IMG/VR virus record: IMGVR_UViG_3300048848_000108
Coordinates: 1 to 37,683 of that record
From: a virus
Taxonomy: Duplodnaviria > Caudoviricetes
Reading direction: 5' to 3' (one strand)
Length of the DNA stretch: 37,683 bases
The position numbers were made by a program, and so were the translations under genes. Below the pieces are notes generated by a model that was not told the DNA's origin, did no database searches, and saw only the letters and a list, made by a program, of their open reading frames with translations. This document shows positions 1 to 10,400 of the stretch, in pieces. The stretch's first letter is position 1. Every line of letters starts with the position of its first letter.

Positions 1-567
1 TTGGAGCGGCCGGCCGCGACTGCCCTTGTTCCGCTCCCAACGCTCAAACGTTGGCTCTACATCGAGCATTCCGCCGATGATGAGCTTTTGGAGCGGTTCT
101 TGCGCGGCGCGATCGCCCGTATCGACGGCCCGCAAGGCATCGGCTTTGCGATGATGCGGCAGACGTGGCGCAAGTCCATGGATGCTTTTCAGTCCTGCAT
201 TTTCTTGCCCGGTGCGCCGGTCAAGTCGATCGCTGATATCACCTATATCGATCCCGGCGGCGTTGCCCGCCTGCTCGATCCCGGCACCTACTACCTCGAC
301 GCCGGTAGCGAGCCGGCGCGCTTGGTGCCAGCGCCGGGCAAAAGTTGGCCGGCGACTGCCAATCTGCCGGGAGCGGTCAAGATCGATTATTTCCTCGGGG
401 AAGATGATCCCGATGACGTTCCCGGCGATCTAATGGACGCTGTCGCGCTTCTTGTCGGTCATCGCAACTTGCATCGTGAGGCCGCGTCGGATGACGGCAG
501 TAAGCCTGTTCCGCTTGGCGTCGAGTGGATCTTAAACGAGCATGCGCGTTGCCACGTCGCGGCCTGA
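1..567 (+). CDS. Head-tail connector (gp6-like); true start is ATG 37536 across the circular junction (MWAGVSVLERPAA..., 195 aa)
   Basis: LKRWLYIEHSADDELLERFL...MRQTW...AVALLVGHRNLHREA pattern; lies after the capsid gene; ATG 37536 is in frame with TTG 37557 (= base 1). Confidence 0.85.
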   Translation: MERPAATALVPLPTLKRWLYIEHSADDELLERFLRGAIARIDGPQGIGFAMMRQTWRKSMDAFQSCIFLPGAPVKSIADITYIDPGGVARLLDPGTYYLDAGSEPARLVPAPGKSWPATANLPGAVKIDYFLGEDDPDDVPGDLMDAVALLVGHRNLHREAASDDGSKPVPLGVEWILNEHARCHVAA

Positions 568-577
568 TGGGGGGAAA

Positions 578-760
578 ATGGCTTCCGTCAAATTCACTGA
601 AGACTACGATTATCGGCCGCCGGCGTTCGGCGTCACGATCGCTTACAAAGCCGGCTTTTCCGGAACGGTAAAGCGAGACTGCGCAGACAAAGCGATTGCG
701 GCCGGCAAGGCCGTGGCGATCGAGCCGGCCGGGCGGCCGAGCAAGGCAGCGCAACGATGA
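578..760 (+). CDS. Small head-tail region hypothetical protein (60 aa)
   Basis: ATG 578 after GGGGGAAA; stop overlaps the next start (ATGA). Confidence 0.65.
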   Translation: MASVKFTEDYDYRPPAFGVTIAYKAGFSGTVKRDCADKAIAAGKAVAIEPAGRPSKAAQR

Positions 761-1092
761 AGGCCGGGGATCTCAAAGAGCTTGTCGCTCTCGATGCGAG
801 GCAAGACGGCGACGATGGCGCTGGCAACTACCAGTCCACCTTTGTCCAGCGGTTCGAACGCCGCGCCGGCTTTGTCTACGCTGGCGGTGGCGAGGGTATC
901 AGCGCCGAACGTCTGCAAGGCCGCTCAACCATGAAAATCCGTCTCCGGAATGATCCGGACACGCGCACCATTACTTCAGATTGGCAGTTGCGCGATCTAC
1001 AGCGCGGTACGGTCTACGCGATCCGCGAGGTTGATGCCGTGACCGATCCGCAATGCGTCTATCTGGTCGTTCAAAGCGGGGTCGCATCATGA
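757..1092 (+). CDS. Head closure / head-tail adaptor protein
   Basis: MKAGDLKELV...DDGAGN...ITSDWQL...YAIREV pattern; synteny; ATGA coupling. Confidence 0.85.
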   Translation: MKAGDLKELVALDARQDGDDGAGNYQSTFVQRFERRAGFVYAGGGEGISAERLQGRSTMKIRLRNDPDTRTITSDWQLRDLQRGTVYAIREVDAVTDPQCVYLVVQSGVAS

Positions 1093-1502
1093 AAATCATT
1101 GGCCTCGAAAAGTTTCGCCGTCGCCTCGAGCGTATTCCAGCGGAAGTCCGCAAGCAGGTTAAGGCTGAGCTGATGCTGCAAGGGCGACAGATCAACATGC
1201 TTCAGCGCTCGCTTGCGCCGAAGGACGATTTGACCCTCGCCTCGACAATCCGTTCCGAGCCTCTTCCCGATCCTGAAATCGGGGTTGTGATCCGCGCCGG
1301 CGGCCCGGCCACGACAAAGCCGGTTCGGGACAGCGAGTATGCTGTTCCCGAATACGATTATGCCTTGGCGCAGGAATTCGGCACGGAAAACATGGACGCG
1401 AACCCGTTCTTTATGCCGGCCATTCAGACACAGAAGAAAAAGGCGCGGCGGGCGGTTCGAGCAGCGGCCCGCCGCGCACTGAAGACGGCAGGCACGAAAT
1501 GA
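1089..1502 (+). CDS. HK97 gp10-family tail completion protein
   Basis: IIGLEKFRRRL...YALAQEFGTENMDANPFFMPA motif; ATG 1089 coupled to the upstream stop. Confidence 0.85.
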   Translation: MKIIGLEKFRRRLERIPAEVRKQVKAELMLQGRQINMLQRSLAPKDDLTLASTIRSEPLPDPEIGVVIRAGGPATTKPVRDSEYAVPEYDYALAQEFGTENMDANPFFMPAIQTQKKKARRAVRAAARRALKTAGTK

Positions 1503-1915
1503 TCGATCCTATCGAAATTCAGATCGCGTTGGTCGGCCGGCTTAAAGCGCTCAACACGGAAGCCGGCGAGCGCATCTATGATGATGTCCCGGCGGAAGAA
1601 AAGCGCAAGGCGCTTACTGGCGCGGCGTGGCCCTATATCTCGCTTGGTGACGGCGGCATCGCTCCGATCGACGAAACTTGCGCCGATCGGGCGACGACAA
1701 AGATCGTCATCAACGTTTGGTCGCGCGAGGTTGGCTATCCGCAAGTGAAGCGCATCGCCGCCGCGATCGGCACAGCGCTCGATCAGGAAGACCTTGAAAT
1801 TCCCGGTCAGGTTCTCGACTCGATGGAAGTCGAGGACATCAACTTTATGCGTGATCCGGACGGCAAGACCCGGCGGGCGCGCATATCGCTTTCGATCGAT
1901 ACTCACCCGGCTTAG
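1499..1915 (+). CDS. Tail terminator (DUF3168-like)
   Basis: RIYDDVP...WPYISLG...INVWSR...DPDGKTRRA motifs; synteny. Confidence 0.85.
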   Translation: MIDPIEIQIALVGRLKALNTEAGERIYDDVPAEEKRKALTGAAWPYISLGDGGIAPIDETCADRATTKIVINVWSREVGYPQVKRIAAAIGTALDQEDLEIPGQVLDSMEVEDINFMRDPDGKTRRARISLSIDTHPA

Positions 1916-1968
1916 CCGGCGCGATCGGCCGATCTCCCCTCCCATAATTTTCAACAAAGGAAATCGTC

Positions 1969-2403
1969 ATGTCGACGACTAAGAAGCTGCTTGTCCAGTT
2001 CGGCAATGGTGCCGCGCCTGAAGTGTTCGCCCATGCCTGCACGATCAACACCTCGCAGGATTTTACTGTCGAGGCCACTACCACAGACGCTACGGACCCC
2101 AACTGCGAAGATCCGGACGCGCCTGGCTGGGTGCTGCGCTCGGTCGATACGCTGTCTGCCAGCATCAATGGCGCGGGTACGATGGACCCTGTCAGCTTCG
2201 CGATGCTGCGCGACAAGATGCTGAGCGGCGAGCCGATCAATACTCGCGTCCTGATGGACGAACCTAAAGCAAAGGGCGGCGGCTGGTATGCAGGCAGGTA
2301 TGTCGTCACCTCGCTCGGTATCGCGAAGGAAGGCAAGGGCTATGTGTCTTCCACAGTCGCCTTGCAGTCGGACGGCAAGGTTGTTTGGGTTGACGCCGCA
2401 TGA
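1969..2403 (+). CDS. Major tail tube protein
   Basis: AAAGGA RBS; LLVQFGNGAAPEVF...PNCEDPDAPGW...SASINGAG...LQSDG signature; precedes the chaperone and tape measure genes. Confidence 0.88.
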   Translation: MSTTKKLLVQFGNGAAPEVFAHACTINTSQDFTVEATTTDATDPNCEDPDAPGWVLRSVDTLSASINGAGTMDPVSFAMLRDKMLSGEPINTRVLMDEPKAKGGGWYAGRYVVTSLGIAKEGKGYVSSTVALQSDGKVVWVDAA

Positions 2404-2885
2404 CGCGCGCTGTCGATCTTCCCTTTGGGGGCAAGAAACACTCGTTTCGGCTCGATCTCGGCGGTTTGCAGGAATTGCAGGCCGCCAGCAACGCCGGTCC
2501 CGCAACCATCCTCACGCGGCTTGTTTCAACGCAACCGCAGGCCGCGAACGTTAAGCGTCCTTCGCCTGAAGACTACTCGCTCGGCGCGGCCGATCCGGAC
2601 TTCTTGGCCGATTTCAACTCTTACGCTCTTCTTCGTAGTGTCGGCGGCGATTGGCGGGTTGAGGATGTCCGCGAGACGATACGCCTCGGCCTGATCGGTG
2701 CGGGCATGACCCCGACAGACGCGTTTATCGCCGTTTCTACCTATGTCGATCAGGTGGACAAGTTCCCCCTTATTGACAATGTCGGCGTGGCCGCTGCGAT
2801 CCTTCATCATGCCCTTACGGCTCCGGAGGGCGAGAAAGTGGGAAAGCCGAAGGCCGGGAAAACGAAGAAGGCGACAGACGCCTAG
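2400..2885 (+). CDS. Tail assembly chaperone gpG (GTA gp10-like)
   Basis: FRLDLGGLQELQ...DVRETIRLGLIGAGM motif; lies between the tail tube and tape measure genes. Confidence 0.85.
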   Translation: MTRAVDLPFGGKKHSFRLDLGGLQELQAASNAGPATILTRLVSTQPQAANVKRPSPEDYSLGAADPDFLADFNSYALLRSVGGDWRVEDVRETIRLGLIGAGMTPTDAFIAVSTYVDQVDKFPLIDNVGVAAAILHHALTAPEGEKVGKPKAGKTKKATDA

Positions 2886-3076
2886 TTTTCTCGGATCTTT
2901 ACGGGCTTGGCGTCGTCATGGGCATGTCGCCGCGCGAGGTCGATAAGCTGTCGCTTTGGGAATTTGCCGCCTGCGCGGACGGGTACTCTAAAGCCAATGG
3001 CGCGGAAGAGGTTGCCGAACCTCCCTCCTATGATGAGCATCTTGCCATGTTGGCGAAGCTCGCACCTCGGCCGTAA
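2840..3076 (+). CDS. Tail assembly chaperone gpGT extension via -1 programmed frameshift
   Basis: G GGA AAG at 2840-2846 in the gpG frame; the -1 frame stays open to TAA 3074-3076 (...LYGLGVVMGMSPREVDKLSLWEFAACADGY...LAPRP). Confidence 0.85.
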   Translation, partial: GKAEGRENEEGDRRLVFSDLYGLGVVMGMSPREVDKLSLWEFAACADGYSKANGAEEVAEPPSYDEHLAMLAKLAPRP

Positions 3077-3120
3077 CCACTCGGCCGAGACCCGTTCCCT
3101 TATCAGAGACAGGAATAGCT

Positions 3121-5799
3121 ATGTCCGTTAGCATCGACGAACTGCGCGCAACGATGCGTATGGAGCTCAACCCCTTCATGAGAGACCTGCAGAAGGTCAA
3201 CGGAGTGGTGGCAAAGACGGCTCGGCAGGTTGAGACGACTTGGCTTGCGACGAACAAGCGCCTCGACAACATCGGCCGCAACATGGCGGCGAGCCTCGCA
3301 ACGCCTTTGCTTGGTGTCGGCGCGGCTTTGTCGGTGGACTCTGTTGCTCACTACGCTGATGCCTGGACCTCGGCAAAGAACAGCCTGTCGGTCGCCGGCG
3401 TCGTCGGTGAAAACCAAATCTCGGTTCTCGACCGCCTTTATCAGTCGGCGCAAGACAATGCGGCCCCACTTGGCGCGATGACGGACCTTTTCGGCAAGGC
3501 TGCGCAAGCGAGCGATAACCTCGGCGCGAGCCAAGCGGATCTGCTCAAGTTCGCGGACGGTGTCGGTGTCTCTCTTAAGGTTGCCGGGTCTTCGGCCGGG
3601 CAAGCGTCCGGCGCGCTACAGCAGCTCGGCCAGCTGCTCGGCTCGGCCCGTGTCCAAGCGGAAGAATTCAATTCCGTCAACGATGGCGCGCGGCCGATCC
3701 TGATGGCGGTTGCGGCTGGCCTCGATGAGGCCGGCGGATCTGTCAACAAGCTCAAGCAGCTTGTGAATGACGGCAAGGTTTCCGGACAGCAGTTCTTTCA
3801 GGCGTTCCTGAAGGGCTTGCCCTTGATCGAAAAGATGGCGGCGAACGCTACGCAAACCATCGATCAGGGCATGACGAAGGTTTCGAACGCTTTCACGAAA
3901 TACATTGGTCAAACCGATGAAAGCCTCGGCGCAAGCCAGCGGCTAGTTGCAGGTTTGAACGGTCTTGCCGACAATTTCGACGAAACGGCCGATGCTATTT
4001 TGAAGGTTGTTGCCATCATCGCCGGCGGGCTTGTCGGCCGCTCGATCGGCGGGATGGTTGCTAGTCTTGGCTTGGCGACGACAGCGATTGTCCGGTTTGT
4101 CTCGCAAATCCGCGCGGCGGCAACAATCTCTGGCCTCTCGGTCGCAATGGGCGGCCTGTCTGCGGCGGCCGGCCCCATCGGCGCGATTGTCGGCGTGACG
4201 GCAGTTGGCGCGCTCGCGCTGTTTTCGTCGTCTTCAGATGAGGCCGGAGAAGGTGCCGGCCGGTTTGAAGAGCGACTTAAGCGCCTTGGCGATACGGCAA
4301 GCCAAACTGCGGCGAAGACAGAGGAAGCCGGCGGGCGCATCAATCAGGTGCTTGTCAATAAGTTGACCAGCGAGGTGGGGGCCGCGACGGGCGCGGTTGA
4401 AAAGGCGACAACGGCGGTTCTCGATCTATTCGAAAACCTCTTTACGAACGTCGATCGCGATACGATTTCACCGAAGCAGCTAAAGCAGCTCGAAGACCTG
4501 CGCGACGGTCTGAAAAACGGTTCGATCAGTGCGGAGGATGCGAACAACTCGATCCATGCGCTGGCGAACTCAAATTCGAATTTTCAGGCGCTAGCCAATG
4601 CCCTGAAACCTCTGCTCGACAATCTTGCTCTGGTGACGGCCGGGGCAAGGAGCGCCCGCGAGGAACTTGCTCGGGCTAGCGGTTCGACGATCTCCGACGA
4701 AGCCAAGGCCGCTTATAGACAGTATGCGGCATCTCGCCAGCAGGGCGAGGAAATGGTTCGCCTTGGCAAGGCATACGCTGATGAAGCCGGCCGCCAGAAC
4801 AGCTTGAGCAGAGAGCAGCTGGCGACGGAAAAGGAAATTGCCTCGATCAAGAAAGACCTGGCCGAAAAAGGCGGGTTCCTGCCGGATGATCAGATCAAAG
4901 CGCTTGCCGCTGCCAACCTTGCGGCGTCCGCAGCGCGCGGGAAGTCGAGCGGCGGTGGCGCTTCGAAGGCGGTAAAGCAAACCGCTGACAGTCGCTTTGA
5001 TCAGGACATCCAATCGGTACGCGATCGGACGGCCGCGCTGGTCGAAGAGCAAAACATTCTCGGCCTTACATATCGCGAACAGGAAAAGCGCCGAATGGCG
5101 ATCGACCTTGAGCAGTCCGCACTTTCGGATCTGCGCGAGGAAGCCCGGCGCAAGGGCCAGACGGATCTTGAAAACATCCAGTTGTCGGCCGATCAGCGGG
5201 CAAAGATCGATGAGGCGTCGTCGGCATATGCCCGACAAGCCGATGTCCTGCGTGAGGTACAGGAAGCGCAAGGCAGGGCAGAGGATGCGTCTCGCGAGTT
5301 CTATGACGCATTTAAAAGTGGGGCGTTAGACGCGATCACTGGCGCCAAAACGCTCGGGGAAGCTTTGAGCGGATTGGCAAAAAAGTTCGGCTCGATGCTG
5401 CTTAGCAGTGGGTTCGATCAGCTGTTTGCGCCTTCCTCGGGAGGATCTAGCGGGGGCCTGTTCGGCGGTCTTTTCTCTTCGATCGGCAATATCTTCCGCG
5501 AGAACGGCGGCCCTGTCGTCAAGGGTCAACCGTACATCGTGGGCGAGAAGCGGCCGGAAATGTTTATTCCGAACCAAAACGGCCGGATCGTCCCGCGTGT
5601 CCCGACCTTTCCAAGCATTTCGCAGATGAAGGGCGGCGGGGCCGGCAATGTGTCGGTAGACGCTCGCACCACTATCCAAGCGAGCGGAAACGCTGAAACA
5701 GATGCAAAGCTAATGGCCTGGGCTGCGAAACGTGATGCCGAACTTCCTTCGGAAATTATCCGCACGGTCAAGGAAGCGCAAAAGAGAAGGCAGCTTTAA
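3121..5799 (+). CDS. Tape measure protein (892 aa)
   Basis: Long Ala/Gly-rich helical protein; tape-measure N-domain motif (GALQQLGQLLGSARVQAEEFNSV); C-terminal GGPVVKGQPYIVGEKRPEMFIP. Confidence 0.95.
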   Translation: MSVSIDELRATMRMELNPFMRDLQKVNGVVAKTARQVETTWLATNKRLDNIGRNMAASLATPLLGVGAALSVDSVAHYADAWTSAKNSLSVAGVVGENQISVLDRLYQSAQDNAAPLGAMTDLFGKAAQASDNLGASQADLLKFADGVGVSLKVAGSSAGQASGALQQLGQLLGSARVQAEEFNSVNDGARPILMAVAAGLDEAGGSVNKLKQLVNDGKVSGQQFFQAFLKGLPLIEKMAANATQTIDQGMTKVSNAFTKYIGQTDESLGASQRLVAGLNGLADNFDETADAILKVVAIIAGGLVGRSIGGMVASLGLATTAIVRFVSQIRAAATISGLSVAMGGLSAAAGPIGAIVGVTAVGALALFSSSSDEAGEGAGRFEERLKRLGDTASQTAAKTEEAGGRINQVLVNKLTSEVGAATGAVEKATTAVLDLFENLFTNVDRDTISPKQLKQLEDLRDGLKNGSISAEDANNSIHALANSNSNFQALANALKPLLDNLALVTAGARSAREELARASGSTISDEAKAAYRQYAASRQQGEEMVRLGKAYADEAGRQNSLSREQLATEKEIASIKKDLAEKGGFLPDDQIKALAAANLAASAARGKSSGGGASKAVKQTADSRFDQDIQSVRDRTAALVEEQNILGLTYREQEKRRMAIDLEQSALSDLREEARRKGQTDLENIQLSADQRAKIDEASSAYARQADVLREVQEAQGRAEDASREFYDAFKSGALDAITGAKTLGEALSGLAKKFGSMLLSSGFDQLFAPSSGGSSGGLFGGLFSSIGNIFRENGGPVVKGQPYIVGEKRPEMFIPNQNGRIVPRVPTFPSISQMKGGGAGNVSVDARTTIQASGNAETDAKLMAWAAKRDAELPSEIIRTVKEAQKRRQL

Positions 5800-6414
5800 A
5801 TGGCAATCACGTTCCCGCGCGAGCTGCCGGCCGTCGAGTATGCAGCCGGCGCTGATCCTGCTTTGATCGATGGCGTCACGGCTTCTCGCACTCGCGGGAA
5901 GATCACGAACTTTACCAATTGGATCGATCCCTATTGGGAGGTTTCTTTGACGGCCCCTCGCCTCACCTATTCGCAGTTCGCGGAAGTCGAGGCTTGGTGG
6001 CTCTCACTTCGTGGCGGGCTTCAGGCGGCCCGCTTCAGGCATCCTCATATCACCTATCCAAAGGCGCATCGAAAGATCACAGCGCCGGCGGATGACGAGG
6101 GATATCTAACTTCAGTGACGGGCGGCAACCTCTTGAATGTTGCCGGCGTTGCTGCCGGTCTTAGCCTTTCCTTGGGGGATTTCGTTGGTCTTGAGTACCA
6201 GTCGAGAACCTACATGGGGAAAGTGACTGAGGTTTCCGGTTCCGGCACCACTCGGGCAATCCGGGTTGAGCCGCCGCCTTTTTCGGCGGTTGCGCAAGCC
6301 AATGCGGTCGTTCGCTTTGCGAAAATCCCGCTTGTCATGCGGCCTGTCCCGAACAGCTTTTCGGCTGTTCGATCCGGACGGTTTTATTCTGTCACCTTCA
6401 AACTTCAGGAATAA
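5800..6414 (+). CDS. Distal tail protein (Dit-like)
   Basis: Immediately follows the tape measure gene; MAITFP start, ends VTFKLQE. Confidence 0.65.
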   Translation: MAITFPRELPAVEYAAGADPALIDGVTASRTRGKITNFTNWIDPYWEVSLTAPRLTYSQFAEVEAWWLSLRGGLQAARFRHPHITYPKAHRKITAPADDEGYLTSVTGGNLLNVAGVAAGLSLSLGDFVGLEYQSRTYMGKVTEVSGSGTTRAIRVEPPPFSAVAQANAVVRFAKIPLVMRPVPNSFSAVRSGRFYSVTFKLQE

Positions 6415-6419
6415 GCATC

Positions 6420-7001
6420 ATGCTCCTACCGGCAGTGCAGGCGCTCTACGACGCCGGCCGCGTGAAGTCTCGGCAAATGCTTCGATTTCAGCTCGGGTCG
6501 GGCACGTATGGTTTCATTGCCGATCGCTCCGAACTGGTGTGGTCTGGCGTCACCTACAAGCCGTTCGGCCTGATCAAGGTTTCCGATCTCGATAACGGTA
6601 GCGGCACCTCTGCAAGTAGCAGCTTCACGCTAACCCTTGCGGCAAGTCCCGATGACGGCCTTACGCCTGCCATCCTGCAGAAGATCGAAGACGAGGATTA
6701 TCGCGATCGGCCGGTTACGCTTTACGATGCGCATTTCCATCCTGACACGGGTGTTTTGTTGCAGGTCGAGGCGGTCGCGCGCGGCTACCTCGATGTCATC
6801 GATCATGATGAGGATGGGGCGGAAGGTTACGTGCTGACCGCTCGATGCGAGGGCCGGCAGCTGGACTACAGCCGGCGCAACGGCCGGTCCCGTTCCAATG
6901 CCGATCAACAGCGGCGATCGGCCGGTGATCTGTTTTTCGAGCATGGCGGTAAGGCCGGCCGCATCGAAGTGTTTTGGGGTCGCAAGGCGGCCAAAATCTA
7001 A
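6420..7001 (+). CDS. Minor tail / baseplate hub protein
   Basis: LVWSGVTYKPFG...YRDRPVTLY...RSNADQQRRSAGDLFFE...VFWG pattern typical of the tail tip module. Confidence 0.7.
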   Translation: MLLPAVQALYDAGRVKSRQMLRFQLGSGTYGFIADRSELVWSGVTYKPFGLIKVSDLDNGSGTSASSSFTLTLAASPDDGLTPAILQKIEDEDYRDRPVTLYDAHFHPDTGVLLQVEAVARGYLDVIDHDEDGAEGYVLTARCEGRQLDYSRRNGRSRSNADQQRRSAGDLFFEHGGKAGRIEVFWGRKAAKI

Positions 7002-7012
7002 AAGGCATTCCA

Positions 7013-7468
7013 ATGATTGATGGATGGGAACAGCGCCTCAACGCGGTTGTGGCGAAGCATCAGGCGTTGCCTGGCGAATGGGGCAAGTCGGATTGCTGGA
7101 TTATGGCAATGGATGCTGTCGAGGCGGTAACAGGCGAGCGCATCTTGCCGCACCTGCAACGCTATTCGACCGAAGCGGAGGGCTACAAGGTATTCCGCAA
7201 GGCAGGCTATCTTGAGACCGTCGAGGAAGCGCTTGCCAGCGCTTTTGGCGAGCCGATCGCGCCTGTCTTGGCGCAACGCGGTGACCTCGGCGTGATCGAG
7301 CGGGACGGCCGGGTTTCTTGCGGCGTCTTCACGTCGATCGGTTTCGCGGTTCGGACGATCTACGGACACGTCGAGCGGCAAGGCCGCAAACGGGTCGAAG
7401 TCATTACGGGCTTTGACATTCAGTTCCTCCCTTTCTCTGCCGTCGCGCGCGCATACAAGGTTAGATAA
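7013..7468 (+). CDS. Tail tip NlpC/P60-like protein (DUF6950-like)
   Basis: WEQRL...WGKSDCWIMAMDAVEAVTG...AQRGDLG motifs; ATG 7013. Confidence 0.75.
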   Translation: MIDGWEQRLNAVVAKHQALPGEWGKSDCWIMAMDAVEAVTGERILPHLQRYSTEAEGYKVFRKAGYLETVEEALASAFGEPIAPVLAQRGDLGVIERDGRVSCGVFTSIGFAVRTIYGHVERQGRKRVEVITGFDIQFLPFSAVARAYKVR

Positions 7469-10400
7469 ATGCCCTTCCTGTCTGCAATCGGCGGCGCGGT
7501 TAGCGCTGTCCTGGGCACCGTCCTCGGGCGGGTCGCCGTTGGTATCGGTCTGAATATGATCGCCTCCAAGATCGAGCGCGATCGTGCCAAGAAGGCGCAA
7601 AAGTCGGCCGGTGGCACTCAGTTCGATATCGAGTATGGCGAAGCTGTCAGCCGAAAGGTTGCGATCGGCGTTGTCGGCATCGCCGGCCATGACTGCTACG
7701 TCAACACCTACGGCAAATCGAACAAGTTTCTTGAGCAGGTCTACGCCTTTTCGGATTTCCCCTGCGACGGCCTCGCGAAGATCTATGCCGGCGGAAAACA
7801 GCTCAAGCTGATATCCACGGATAACAAAAACTACACGATCGAGGGCGGCGACTACGAAGGCCGAATGTCTTTCGTTTTCTACGATGGAACGCAAAAGGCC
7901 GCCGATCCGGGGCTTGTAGCAAACGGCAACCCGGCCGGCCGCTGGAAAGCGGAAAGCGTCGGTGCTGGCATTTGCTACCTGATTGCTCGGATGACCTACG
8001 ATCAGGAAAAGCTTGCGCAGTTCCCGGATTTCTTTTTCGAGATCCGCGGCGCTCGGCTCTACGATTTCCGCAAGGACAGCACGGCCGGCGGATCGGGCGC
8101 GCATCGGTTCGGGCAGTATTCCACCTACGAGTTTACCGATAGCCCTGTCATCGCAGACTACAATTATCGACGCGGTTTCTCGTGGAATGGTGACTTGTTC
8201 CTCGGCATGGATATGTCGGCGGCCGATCTGCCATTCGCGAAATATGTGACCGCTGCGAATATCTGCGATGAAATCGCAGGCGGGGAACGGCGCTATCGTT
8301 GCTCGATCATGCTCGATGCGGATCTTGATCACGGCGACAATATCGACGCGCTGATGACCGCTTGCGGTGGCATCGTGATCGATAGCGTTGACGGTTCCTG
8401 GCCGCTGATCGGCACGGAACAGCCGATCGTTGCAACCTTCACTGATGCAGATCTTGTCGCCGGCGAAGCTGTAAAGTTTCGCCGCCGGCGCTCGATGGGC
8501 GAGCTAGTGAATGTTGTTTCTGGCACCTATCCGGAACCCTCGAATATGTGGTCGCCGGCGGGCTATGATCCGCAGACGAACGCGGCGACTGTTGCTGTCG
8601 ATAAGCGCACTCGCGACATTTCGTTCAACTTTCCGCAGGTGCCTTCGAAGCGGCAAGCAAACCAGCTCGCAAGCATCTATTTCAACGAAAACCGCTATGA
8701 AGCGACGGCCGAAGTTGTCTTGCGGCCGGCCTTCCGATCGGTGCAAGCGGGGGATTGGGTCTATTGGGACAGCGCCAACGAAAAGCGGCGCGGCACTTAC
8801 ATGGTGCAAAGCCGCTCGATCCGCGCGCTGGACAGTGACGGACCTCGCAACGTCTCGCTTTCCCTTCAGGAAAGAAGTGGCGCGATCTATGCCGGCGTTG
8901 GCACGATCGCGCCAACTATTCCGGTTCCGAATGGAGATCCTGTCTACCTCAACGGGTTGCAGGATTGGGCAATCATCCCGGTTGTTGCGACGGGGGCTGA
9001 CGGCCGGTCCTACCCGGCGTTCCGTCTGTCTTGGTCACCGATCGACGATGTGACCGTGCGCGGCATTGCGTTCGAGTGGTGGGCTAAGAACGAGCCCGCC
9101 AATAAATTCCAGCGCCGGGCCGAAGGCGATATGACGATCGCCCTCATTCAAGAGGGCGTATTAAGCGTCACGGAATACCAGTTCCGCCATAAGTTGATTG
9201 CGGACCGGGTCACCAATTGGGTCGGTCCTGTCACGGTTAGCTCAATCGAGGGCGGCAGCAACTTCCTTGTCGATTTGGAAAACCTTTCCGAAGAGATCCA
9301 AGAGAAGCTTGAGACGCTGCAAGGTTGGATCGATGACGGCCTAAAGGAAACTGTCGATCAGACGGTGAGCGACCTCGAAAGCGAGGTCGATGACCGGGTG
9401 TCCGGCGCGATCGAGGGGGCGACCCGTTATCGCTCGGTTCTCGACCAGTTTGCCGAGATCCGCGACCATGTTGCGAACGAAGCATTCGCCGGTTTCCGCG
9501 ACAGGGAACAGCTTCGACAGACGCTCACCGTTCGCCTTGAAGGTGGGTTTGCAACGTTCGATGAGCGGATCACTACTGCGGTTTCAGCAACCGGCGCGGT
9601 GTCGCAGCGTGTAACGACGCTGGAAGCCTCGACCGGCAACCTCGCGGCGCAAATCACTGATATCAACGAAGCCCGCGTTGATGGCGACCTCGCGCTTGCC
9701 CAACAGATCTCTTTGCTGTCAGCGGGCACTGATAACCAGTTCGATCCGGTCAACCTCTGGGACTTCGAGGCGGATGCTGCGGGATGGACCGGAAACGGTC
9801 TGCCAACTGTTTCGTCGGGCTTCCTTCGGCCGGCGACTGCGGCAACTAACCCTTATGTGGCCTCGCCAGTTATCGAGGTCATGGGCTCCAAATACCGGCA
9901 GGTTCGGATGCGCATCCGCAAGGTCGGTTCTCCCGTTTGGGAGGGCGGGTGCTGGTGGAAGGCGTCGGCCGATACGACATGGGACACGGCCCGTCGCGCG
10001 GTAGTGGCAGAGCCGAGTTTCGACGCAAACGGGATCGGGCTGATAACGTTCAATCCGGAGTGGTCGGGAACGATTGTCCAGATCCGTATCGACCTCTCGT
10101 CCACTCAAACCGAAACCGACTACTTTACCATCGACTGGATCTCGGTTGGTGCACCATCGCCCGGCGCATCGCGCGCCGAGCTGGCGGCCGAGCGGCTTGC
10201 TCGAATGTCAAAAGATGAAGCTCTAGCCAGCGATCTCACTGCGCTCGACGCTGCATTCACAGATCCGGAAACGGGGCTTGGCGCTATCGCCTCGGGTGTC
10301 TCGGCACTAGAGGCGCGCGTCACCGATGTCGATGGCTTGCTGAAAGCTCAAGGGACTTCGCTCAATGGCCTTGCCGTTTCTCTCGATGGAAAGGCAGGGG

